Below are positions 37,463 through 48,700 of a stretch of 64,000 bases of DNA, one piece after another (the stretch's first letter is position 1; the number at the start of each line of letters is the position of its first letter). The DNA lies in assembly GCF_037042905.1 (NCBI RefSeq), contig NC_087260.1, forward strand, positions 19,592,001-19,656,000, written 5' to 3'. Origin of the DNA: Lytechinus pictus (Eukaryota). The notes beneath the pieces are model-generated. The model did no database searches. It was given only the letters and a program-made list of their open reading frames with translations, and was not told the origin of the DNA. The position numbers and the translations under genes were made by a program.

Positions 37463-38929
37463 TACTGCCCTGTAGCCAGGATATCCGAACATTTTCGAAT
37501 TTGAATTGAAACAACTCAGATGCTTTTGAGTGTTACATTTTCAGCTGGGCGATATCAACACCATTGCCATTTCATTTAGAACTATCCAGGCACGAGGAAC
37601 GATTTTGGAGCTATTCTGGGGAGGTGTGTGCCGTCCGTCTAAAATCTATCACCTCTGGTGCGCTTCCTGCCACTCTATTTCAGAAAGTGTTCCATTTTGC
37701 GTCATGTGTTTAGCGATGATTACGTAATAAATTTTGGTATGAACCTCTCGATGGGGATTGTGAGGATCTCCTGACACCATTACATGCATCGCGCCTCTAA
37801 TTCGACACACATGCCTGGCCTGGGAGACAGTCCATTTATTTTCTCACACGCATATGCAGGAGAACCACCATTGGCCCGGCGATCCTTGAAGCGGTTTTCG
37901 ACATTAACTGGTGATCTAATAGGACATAAACACCCTCGTCATCCCGGTATTGCTCTGACCGACAGGACCTGTCATCACGTAGAGCGATGTCAGATTCGAT
38001 ACACGGAATATAATTTTTCGCGATGAATATTTGAATTCAACTGAGGACCGAGTTTTTCCCTTCATGAAACATGGTTTTGGGTTAAACATGAATCTAAGTA
38101 GGATCATGTGATCAAATAAAGAGGAGGTGACTATGCAAAGTGGTGTTACTTTAGTGATAAAAAAAACAAATGTGCAAGATTGATGTGGGTTCTCATGTAA
38201 TGTGCATTCCTGTAACTACTTTGGTTTTTACAAGGAGCTATATAGAACATCATCCCTGGTTTCCCGCACCGTCTAGAAGTCAACCGTGCAAGAGTTCAAA
38301 TTTTGGCCTTTTCCTGACAGAAATTGGATGACAAAAGTTGTGTCACCTTGCCATTATTATTCATAAGCGAGACGTCTAATCATATTGAATTAAGATCGCG
38401 GGGCCTCTTTAGGTCCCGGTGGAGCTTGCACTTGGCGTTGGGAGTCATTCTGTGTGTTCAAGACATTGATGTCTGCGTAGGGGTTGAATTGAGATGACCT
38501 GGATCACCAACCGAGCCCGGAAATATACACAACGTGAGTTGGTGAGGTTTGGGCATTCACGGAGATCGTAAAGACATTTATAGTTGCACACTAGGAGTGT
38601 ATTTTCAAACACGGTACACAGTTGTACCTCACAGGCCCCATGAATATGAACTCTACTTGGAATTAACATGGTGAATGTGTTTTTTTTTCTATGGATGTTG
38701 ACAATTGATTTTTTGCGGAGGAAAACAAGTGATAATTCTCAATAAAGGGTTTGCGATCTGTTGTGAGGAGCCAGCAGGTAACATGTCTGTGATGTTTTTA
38801 GAAGTCTAGTGGAAACGGTGATAAGGGACGCCTAGTGTGAACTGGGGGTTAAGGTCTTGGTCTGAGTAAGAGGATCATAAAAGGGGTGGAGGCGAGCAGA
38901 TCTGGGGGATAGTAGCCCAAGGGAAAAAG

Positions 38930-40747
38930 ATGGCAGGACGGGACCTCGTAAACACTGAAGGTAAGATTGACATTGAGTTGTCGCAGGAAAGGAGCGACAC
39001 TGCTGATAATGATCAGCTGGGAGTTCCACCCCAAACGGAGGCCAGGAAAGAGAGAGATCTGACACAGAATTTCGATCACATTTATTCTCATGTTGCCACC
39101 GACCATGAACGCAGGCGGAGCAAAGACAGCGACCAGTACAACACGCTGTTCGACTCGCAGATCGAACTGCCCGACTTGAATGACTTGATCGACAGCCCGC
39201 TAGTGCCTGAAGTCCCCAGAGACTTCACCTTGACAAGAAGTTCGTCTGGTATTGTGTTCGGGGGCGATGGGAATACGGTTCAAATCGAAGAAGATTCGAT
39301 TCATAGTTTTGACACAGAAGGCGATTCTCGCTCTTTATTGCTTAACGACACTCTCACTGAGGTTTCAGAAATGTATGCTAGCGCCACCACTTGTCCTGGC
39401 TCGGACAATGAAATCTATGCATCGCCCGATGACGAACACATAGAACCCGTATATGAGGAGATTCCTTTCTTGAGAAATCGCAACCGCGATCAACCAATTG
39501 CTCGATGTTCGGCAGCATCGAATGAGGGTTCACCTCAAGGGGAGGACAATCCAGTCGACTGCCATCTAACGACGAAACCGAGAGAGCCTGCACCGATTCC
39601 TGACACATCCGCACCCCCTGATACTGGGAGAGTTCCTGAGTGTGACGTCATCTATCAGAAAGTAAGTACTTCAAGCAGCCGAAGCACTTCAAGCTCAGTT
39701 GAGTCGAAACCACGGGATGACACAATGGCATTTTTCAAGCGCTCTTTCGCTAAGGTTCGACTAGACTTACTCTTTAGGAAAAAGAAGAACACAAAATTTG
39801 TGGAATGCGTTGAGAAAGTTATCGAGGCCCGACGTAGTGGATGCATTGATGAGGAAGGGAATTTTGTGCAAGCTTTGGATGAACAATTAGCGAAACATGC
39901 CAAAGAGACGGCGAAGGATAAGAAATCCAAGGAGAGTGGTGGTGATGGCGGTGAGAAACGATCGGAGGATGAAGTGAAGCCTCCAGAGCTGGGGGTTTCG
40001 AACCCCAACTACCGGGAATCATATCCCTTGCCCGAGGAAGACGATGGGTCGGAAGGGTACGCTTCAGCTAGTGAGATCGAGACAGTAGATTCTTCGAACA
40101 GTAGTAATTCTGGCCCAGAGAGAAGCCCGAGACTTTCTGGAATTCTCAGCAACAGGAGTTCGCATCATGAATCTTCCGAAGACAGCGGCGATGTCGATGG
40201 TGACGGGAAAGGGAAACGTGTATCCCGTCGTACCTCCTCTCGCCGCGTCCGATTCTCCGACGAAGTCCAGGAATTCGAACACATCCATCTCTTGGGTAAA
40301 GAGGACAGAAGTTTCGTGTTGTCGTCATCGGACGACGAAAGCGTGAATGATGACGATGTTTGCGTTCTAAGCTTGACCAGCAAGATTTCTCTTTTTGAGA
40401 ACATGAGCAAAATGAAGGACCCTTCAAAACTTCATCCAAAGCTGACCAGGACATCAGGGCATCGTCACAGTGACCCAGGTCCAACCAGAGACTCCATGAT
40501 CCCCGATTCTAGCGAATTTACAGACAGCAATGACGGAAAATGTAATAAGTTAGGTTCCATCACGAAAGCCAGGGTACAGGTCTTCGAGAAACTGTCAAAC
40601 ATGAAGCATGGAGAGGTGGTACCAAAGCCGAAACCCAGAACGAGTTTGCTTGAGATCAGAATGAACCAGACAAAACAGAAAATTATGTTTTTTGAGCAAC
40701 TGAAAAGCGGACAAAATTTGCTCCTTCATGAGGAGGACGGGGAATAA
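38930..40747 (+). CDS. Uncharacterised 605-aa single-coding-exon protein, predicted disordered, rich in short linear motifs
   Basis: 1818-nt ORF that is GC-richer than its flanks. Strong Kozak context (AAGATGG), in-frame upstream stop at 38867, and three AATAAA signals at or just after the stop. S/D/E-rich composition; no folded domain recognised. Confidence 0.85.
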   Translation: MAGRDLVNTEGKIDIELSQERSDTADNDQLGVPPQTEARKERDLTQNFDHIYSHVATDHERRRSKDSDQYNTLFDSQIELPDLNDLIDSPLVPEVPRDFTLTRSSSGIVFGGDGNTVQIEEDSIHSFDTEGDSRSLLLNDTLTEVSEMYASATTCPGSDNEIYASPDDEHIEPVYEEIPFLRNRNRDQPIARCSAASNEGSPQGEDNPVDCHLTTKPREPAPIPDTSAPPDTGRVPECDVIYQKVSTSSSRSTSSSVESKPRDDTMAFFKRSFAKVRLDLLFRKKKNTKFVECVEKVIEARRSGCIDEEGNFVQALDEQLAKHAKETAKDKKSKESGGDGGEKRSEDEVKPPELGVSNPNYRESYPLPEEDDGSEGYASASEIETVDSSNSSNSGPERSPRLSGILSNRSSHHESSEDSGDVDGDGKGKRVSRRTSSRRVRFSDEVQEFEHIHLLGKEDRSFVLSSSDDESVNDDDVCVLSLTSKISLFENMSKMKDPSKLHPKLTRTSGHRHSDPGPTRDSMIPDSSEFTDSNDGKCNKLGSITKARVQVFEKLSNMKHGEVVPKPKPRTSLLEIRMNQTKQKIMFFEQLKSGQNLLLHEEDGE

Positions 40748-40796
40748 AGCACAAACCTCAGAAAATAAAGCAAAAATCTTATTTGTCAAGAATAAA
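40743..40796 (+). terminator. Clustered polyadenylation signals
   Basis: AATAAA at 40743 (overlapping the stop), 40764 and 40791. Confidence 0.55.
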
Positions 40797-41796
40797 CTTA
40801 GGATCCCAATTCAAACTTGTAGAGTCTTTTCAAAATACTATGTATATTTCCTATACCTCAAGACATTTTTAAAATTTGTTATACATGAACATGGAACATA
40901 TTTCTGTTCTCATTCTATGTCACGGTGTTTGATGTACAAACGGCAATAATGATTAGAATGGTATGAATTCACGTGTGCACCTTCTAACGAATTTGAGTTT
41001 GCCAAGGCATGATTTGCTTCTGTCAGCTTCATAATATACTGTGCCAATTTCCACCAATTATCAGCCTTAGCTGTAGGCAGGAAACCCACACCACTGTTCT
41101 AACCCATTCTCCTGTCAACGAACACCCCTTCCGACGTATTAAATGGGATCATAACAAGGAAGGGATGCACACTTCGGGCAGACAATTAGTCGGAAAACAA
41201 ATGTCTTCCTCTCGGTGAGCTGTGATGCTTCGACACTAATACTGAAGCCAGTGGTCACCCACTTCAGGTAGCAATCGGTAAATGAACCTATGCGGATTAC
41301 TTTGAAGGTTCTTCCGATTAGCTCCAGTAGCAGGTGTGCAGAGAGACAGGGGGAACTGGTAGCGGAGCACCATTATGATGTCAGGTTGATCACCTTTCCT
41401 GAGCAGATCGCACACAAATCTCTGGTACCTGGAATTAAGAAAGACAACCTGGTTGGGCGGATATGAATAATCAACCCATCATGTTGGGTAATGGTAGGGG
41501 GTTGACCGACCTGGGAATCCTATTGTCGATGCTAAATTTAGAAGAAATCAGAAGCACGTGCATTTGTGGATTAGAATTTGAAGCTCGATGAGCTGCTCGG
41601 ACGGCTTCCGTGTAATGGAGAGGGTCTTTAAAAGCAGGTGTTGCTATAATTGCTGTCTTCCCTACCAGATAATTCGTCACTGGTGTCATTCTGGTATACA
41701 TGTACGCCCCTTACAATATGCAATGTCCCTTACGTATTTGATGATATCTTGTCCAAGGAGTGTTGCTTGATTATTGTCTGTCGCATGCAATTTCGA

Positions 41797-41989
41797 TCAC
41801 TGTATTGTTGACGCGGATCTGCCTAAACTGACGCAACAATAAAATGACCGCATGCACTAATCAAGTATCTTGAGGTTATGAATCGTCGTTCAACAAATCT
41901 GATGTTTGATACTTGATCAATTAAGCTTTGGCGCAGTTGCTCATGCAGTGTTGCGTCAAAATGCAGTTCTGCGTCAATAATGTAGTGAC
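41797..41989. mobile_element. Old palindromic MITE
   Basis: TCACTGTATTGTTGACGCGGATCTGC...TGACGCAACA / TGTTGCGTCA...GCAGTTCTGCGTCAATAATGTAGTGA. Confidence 0.65.
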
Positions 41990-42073
41990 GCATCGTATAC
42001 ACTAGGCATTAGACTGGGTGATGAATGGAGAGGGGAAAACCAGTGAATAGGTAACCACTCCTCCCAATCCACA

Positions 42074-42187
42074 AAGCTACAGCCACACCAACGAAACCGA
42101 CTCTAGACCGACCAAATCTATTACGTTGTTTTCAATGACATGTCATCGGTCGGGTTGGGCCGATTCTGTTGGTGCGGCAATAACTTT
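42074..42187. mobile_element. ~115-bp palindromic MITE family; related copies at ~44016-44140 (inverted) and ~45045-45148
   Basis: Shared AAGCTRCAG.CACACCA...GAAAC.GACTC...ACCGA ends and a TTACGTT...CAATGACAT core. Confidence 0.65.
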
Positions 42188-42539
42188 AGAGCAGACTAAG
42201 GGCAGATGCATCCTCTATTATGATTCATGTTTAATTATCATGTTAATCATGGAATTTCCAGTCGGACACATTAATCAAAAAGGGAATTAAGAAAGGATGT
42301 AGATGTTCATTTATCTCTTTCCTTTGTCTACCAAGATTAAGATTTAGTTGATTACGAAAAGTCATTATCGATTGCCTTGTGTGTGTGTACATGTTTTAGA
42401 TCTTTTATAATCGTTTGCACTTTGTGTAATGGGGCTAATGCCTTTGAGATGACAATGACAAGTATGATCTAGATGGTTCGCACTTTGGAATCAAATACCG
42501 AGATCCTTCTGGGGAAGCAATATGAAACATTTGATATAT

Positions 42540-42770
42540 TAATCGCTACAGGGTATCCATTTGTCTCGCAATCTACTATGGTCAACAAGGAAATTCGTGA
42601 TCACTCTCGCTAAAAGTGTTCACTAGCTTTCTAGGAAATTCGTGATCACTCTCGCAAAAAGTGTTCACTAGCTTACAAGTTCACGAGCTTTCGAGTGCCG
42701 CTGCAACTCTTTATCATTTCCTTGTTGACCATAGTAGATTGCGAGACAAATGAATACCCTCTAGCGATTA
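42540..42770. mobile_element. MITE/foldback with ~55-bp near-perfect TIRs and an internal direct duplication
   Basis: TAATCGCTACAGGGTATCCATTTGTCTCGCAATCTACTATGGTCAACAAGGAAAT and its reverse complement at 42716-42770 (2 mismatches). Confidence 0.88.
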
Positions 42771-45700
42771 TTTCAGTCCGCAATAATGAACCTATTTAGT
42801 ATTTGATATATTTTCAAGACGTTTCGATATCAATCTATAATTACTTAATATGTGAATATCAACTTTACCATGGTTACAGTTAAGCATCTAAAATGTAATT
42901 CCACATTCAAAACACTTGTCTTTATACCTCTCATGTGCAATCATAATGCCTTTCATTTTTTTCTTCAAATTTATAGCTTATCATATGGGGGGTGACGTTT
43001 TGGCGAAACAGCCATCAGATAGAAGTGGTGCAGATCAATTTGATCTTTAAACCATGCAATATCTCTGATAACAGTGTATTTACTGGAGACAATGTGCAAT
43101 ACAAAGATATATATTCGTGTTCAATAATTACATCTGAATTCATTCGTGCAATTATATATGTTGACGGCAAGAAAGTAGTCAAGTTTTCTGTTCGTCCCGA
43201 GGTCGGGACCGAATCAGGTAGCAGTAGCACAATTCCTGAAATATTTGAAAGAGAATTTCCAAATGAGTCATCATGCAGAAGACAATGTGCAATAGTAAAA
43301 TTCATGAAATGTATTGAATGTTCAAGGACGTCTTTCAAATTCACAAGTGCAATATTGATATCTGGGTATGAATCATCATAAAATACTTTCATCATTTCAC
43401 TGCTAACACGCTAAATGTATTAAGTTCATTCTTGAGTGATATAAAAATGGGAGTATGTTGATTAAGCATTGCCATCTGAAAACCTTAACATGAACCCTTG
43501 TTCAGGGCATTCATGATAATAAAAATGTGATGACCAATTCTGATTTCTTTTCGATCGTTAGAATGCAGTGAAGCATAAAGCTGCTTCCAAAGACTTGTCC
43601 TTTTTATAAATGAATGTCCTTAGTTTAGTGACATCACTGACGCCAAAAACTCGTGACTTTGCTACTTACTGTACTCATACTTCGACAGAAGGAATGATTG
43701 AAAGTTATTGAAGATGATTCATTCTCAAATCTAAAGTAATGATCAAAAAGAAAATGTTACCACAAAAGATTTGACCACCAGGCACCGTGGGACCACGGTG
43801 AGACACAGCATGTCCTTTAATCCAATTTACCAATATCTTAGTCACCGGGACAACCTCATTGTCCAAGAGGACGGCTCAATGTCACGAAATTATCTTCTTT
43901 AATATGACACAGAGTGAATGAAATAGTATTGTTCATATTTTAGACATATTTTGACTACTTTCCGCGATGATGACGAATTCATCGAGATAATAAATCATTT
44001 CTCTTGTCAATTTATAAGCTGCAGTCACACCACCGCGTTACGATGAAACTGACTCCAAACCGATCGATGAAATGTCATTGGAAATAACGTAAAGGGTTTG
44101 GTCGGTCTGGAGACGGTTCCGCAGGTGTGACGATAGCATAGAGGTTCACCCACACGGTCAATGCTCCTAAGAAGTTGAGTCACTCCGACATTCGCATGAC
44201 CTCATCGACATGACGAACATAATCCCATAATGTATTTTCGTGAAAGGAGATGTCAACGCAATATCGTCTGGCATGTGATGAAATGTGATTGTTTTTCTTT
44301 TTGGCAAAATAAGATTTCTACTTCTTCAATATTGTTTTCGAACCCCTGAGTCATTCTGATAACCACATTTTCATCCGCGAGAAAAATTACTCGCATTTTT
44401 TCGATACCAGTAATCGAATTAGAAATTAACAATAATATTTCAGATGTTTATGAATTGAAATTAAATTCTATGTTTTTTCAATGTATACGTATGTCATATA
44501 GACATGTGTGTTGTAAATGCTGCTACTGAAAATAGGTACAGGATGTCTTTTTTAAAAGGATTAAATTTCATTTATCTATATTTTGGTTTTATCAGGGCTT
44601 ATGTGATGTGCCTTCCCGAATACTCGTATGGCTCATCTTGGCCACCAGATATAAAACCCTTATGACTCTGTGTTGATGAATGGTGTTTTTTAATGGTGGG
44701 CTTTTTAGAATCTGTAGTCTTTAAATATATTTGAAAACACTTTCAGATCGATCGCAACTCTTACACTAATCCTAACAAATGGACTTCAGAGACAAGAGTT
44801 GAGATCAACCCCACAGATATTAAAACGGGTTCTTGGGGTTGGTCATGTCTGCACCCTCATAAATGAGGTCTGTGATGGCAGTTGTGAAACGGACCAGAAA
44901 TCATCTTACATCAATAATAGTGTTTCTGTGTGCTATACCCTAGAATAATGGGCTGTCAAATGCCATATCAGCCCCTTGACACCGTATAGTTGCGTCAGAC
45001 ACAATACATGGCGCATTGGGTCCGATTTTATGCCTCATGCAGTTATAGCAAGGAAACGAACTCCACACCGACTAAAGCTATTTCGTTATTACTAATGGGA
45101 AACCATCGGTCGCTTTTTGAGTCGGTTTCATTGGAGTAACTGTAGCACTACAAGGACTTTCAGTCCACTAAGTTTGCAATGGGCATAAAAGATATACGAA
45201 CATTGCCTAAACATAATTATGTACTCATGAACCATGATGATTCATTGGTATCGTTAACAGAAGATACACCTGCAGTAGGTTTAATGAGGCGATGATAATC
45301 ACCTAAGTCGTCTTGATTGCTCATTACGAAAATGATAGCGGCATCTGATGCCATCCGATGCCGCCATCTTCCGGGAGACGAAGCGCGTGCTATTGTAGTA
45401 TTTCACACTCTACGCAATGTGATAGATGACAAGTGAGACTAATTAGTCAAGACCTGGAGATGGGGTCAGGAAACGGTTCACATAAAGGAGAATGAAGGCA
45501 TTCGACCCAGGCATCATTGCAAATCGGAACTATTTACTTGTACTTCTAACCAAGAAGCGAGGGCAAGTAGGGGTGATGCATTCATTAATCACTTAAACGC
45601 TGCCTTTGTCATCACTCGTGTGGCATAACTCTGCTTCCTTGTCTCTGCGCTGTGAGAAAATATGATAAATGGAATCAATTTATGATGGGCGTTTGGCGAA

Positions 45701-48700
45701 CAGGTGCACCGTGTCATAAATTTGTTTAGTCATAAATGGCCATGGATTGGTTAAAAGTTGGTTGGTCACGTGACTTTTAATTTGACAGCATCATCTCAAC
45801 TTGGTCCTTCGCAGAACAACTGACGCGACCTACGGTTACCCTTACAAGTATCCCTTTGGTTATTTGTTTAATAATATTATTTACGACCTGGATAGAATAA
45901 CACATTGCGATATCACACTTTCTTTAATGCAATTAAATCAAAACATTTCATTGAACGCTGTAAAACATGAGAGTTTCTAAACAAAACTCTGTGGATACAA
46001 ACACCACAATCACCCATTTGAACTTATCAATTTAACCACGTTCTTAGATGGTAATTCCTGAAGATTTGATGAACAAGTGGGCGAGAGGTTTTGGATCAAT
46101 TCCCTAGAACATTTCTGAGGCAAGTGTTTCCTAAAGAAGATTCTCCTGTCCGCTCAATGAAACAGCAGAAAATTTTGACCATGAAGACAAATAAAGAAAC
46201 TTCCTTTTCTGCTAAAAGTACAAGGACAAACAGTTTAAGATGGAGGAAAACAGGATATATGTGAGTGCACTTGAAAAGAGATACAAATTGTATCTACAGG
46301 TTTCCTGATGTTTCTATAAAATATTGACTTTATTTATAATTCTCTTAAAATTATTTGGACAAATACCCAGTGGCCTCTGAGTCAATGAAATGTCATCATA
46401 ACCGTTGAGATTTTTTTTAAACGTCAGACAACTTTCTTCGTGCCTTATCATTCCCAGAGATATGTCGTGTTTGAATCTTTCCAAATGTACCTGTTACTAA
46501 CACTTAACATCCGTTGCACTAGAAGCGTCACTTTGATTGACCCATGAAATGAGCGAATTGCCAATATGAGGGTAATAAACCTACGTATGTATGCGCCAAT
46601 AATAAAACGGCAGAAATGCACATCAGTGCTGATCCAGTATGACTTCACTTTCACATGGTGATTTGCGTATTTTAGCATCCACTTCGTAGATGCTTTTTGA
46701 AGCTTTGAGAATCCATTGAAAATGCCATTCAAATCACAATGGGCAGATTAGAGGTCATTGTCGAAAGTTGGTGGACCGGGACAGCACATCGTCTTAAGAT
46801 TCGGACCCGACGGAAAATTGCAAATTTGTCGTTTCTCCAGAGCCCAGGATGACACCGCTGTTTTAATTCCACAATTTTCGACAAAGGCTGCTTTGTTACG
46901 AAGGGCTTTTGACAAAAGATTAACAGCGTAATATATAGCGTGTGTGAAGTGATTGCAAAATTATTATTATGACAAGCTTTGACGCAGTTGACGCAGGAAA
47001 ATAACGCTTCATGTGCAACGGAGTTAAAGAAAAAAAAAGTAGAGGCATCTCTCCATTAACTCAATTAACCATATTATCTCCATGAATGACTTATATTTTG
47101 CTTTTAGTATAAGTATAGATACGATCATAATAGAAACTCACGCATTCTCTCTTCGTAACTATGAAACAGATTAAGCAATAGGCATGTAATATCTAATACG
47201 TGAAAATGCTAATGTTTTAATGCGTAACTAGAAAATTTCCTTTAGAGAAATGACTACTTTTATATTTCGCTGTTAGCATAAGCTTAGAAACGAAAATAAT
47301 AGAAACTCAGTTTTATTTAACAATTACGTCTTCTAACTGATTTTAAGAAAGTGTACTAGATTAGGCTTGATCCCTAATCATTTTGCTTCCAGCATTTTTA
47401 CTTTTTTGCAATTGATATCGTCTAAAGCGCTTTAATATAATCGCATGTTCTTCCTTAGACGCATTGTCAGCAATGTAGTAGTCTGAAAATTGTCAGCATT
47501 CCCTATTTTCACCACTCTGTCTACTAACATTAGGTAACACTTCATTTTGTTCAGGGAGATGGTTATGAAGGGGTTTGTATTTTTCAGCACGTACAAAACT
47601 TTTTTTGTGACTATGTTCTTTGCCTTGAGCTAAAAGCAAATTAAAGCAAAATATGTCGCGTATTAAAGGATTAAAATGAAATTTGACAGTCACAAGATAC
47701 AGAGAAAGCCTACCATATTAAAACCACATACCAATAACGCTCGTTTATACTGAATGTTTAGTGGAAATATCGCAAGCGGTGTGTCACTGATTGTTCATTT
47801 GGATTGTTGCGGTTCAGAATAATTTCCCTTTCGTTTTCCTCATAGTTATAAAGTTTGAACTCTTGAGACGTGAAAACAACTGTCACTCAGTGAACTATTG
47901 TGTTTTCAAGACGTATGTTGTGATCCGTCACTCACTCTACCGCTGGTTTACCATGTCGTTGCTTCACCCCACCCCACCCCATACCGCCAGAAACACAGTG
48001 TTGATGGCTATTCTTGAATGCGCAGGAACCTGTATATTATCTGTCTCTCTGATAATCTTTAGAGAAGGAAGTCATTTTGACATACGCCAGGTACGCGGGT
48101 TCTTCGGCGCTGTGACAGCCGTCTATGATCATGAGATGACTGGCGCAGGAAGTTCAATAATCAGGGTCACATCTTCGAGGAATCTAGGTAAAAAATAGCG
48201 CGGGAAAGAATTAACGTGGTAAAGTCTCTGGATAAAGCACGGACAGATGATGCGTAAAGCCATGTTTGTGGCCTAACCAAGGAGGTATTATTATTAGGGC
48301 TCCTTGGTCTAAATGGACGAAAATATACCGTCAAAGACTTTGGGAGGATGGGCTAGCAAAAAGTGTAAGACCCAAATCTGAACTAATGAAGGAATCTGCA
48401 TATCGAAATTTCACTTAACTTATCAGTCAATACGTAAGTAATTTGTATGGCTATGTTAATTCAATCATGTTTTTCAAGACAAGCTTAAACAAAGGGGTTC
48501 TCCCTATTTCATTTGGGACTGTCCCTCCATAGGGATAGTCCCACTCAGAACTAAGCTTAACTTCGCTTTAATAGAAAGGTCAACGCTTCTGATTTGTTGC
48601 TGTTGAGTGACGTTGTTTTGTAGCTTGGGCGTGGCCGACGTAGTGTCCAGGAGCATTTAGGATGAGGGTGTCCAGTGTTATGCAGTCTAGCTTCGGTTTT

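Noticed and set aside
38832-40789. Multiple antisense and alternate-frame ORFs over the 605-aa gene
   Set aside because: Expected shadow ORFs of a GC-richer coding region, with no independent signals.
41009-41770. GC-richer unique block with short ORFs downstream of the 605-aa gene
   Set aside because: The frames I read are interrupted and I recognised no motif. It is more simply 3' UTR or intergenic DNA.
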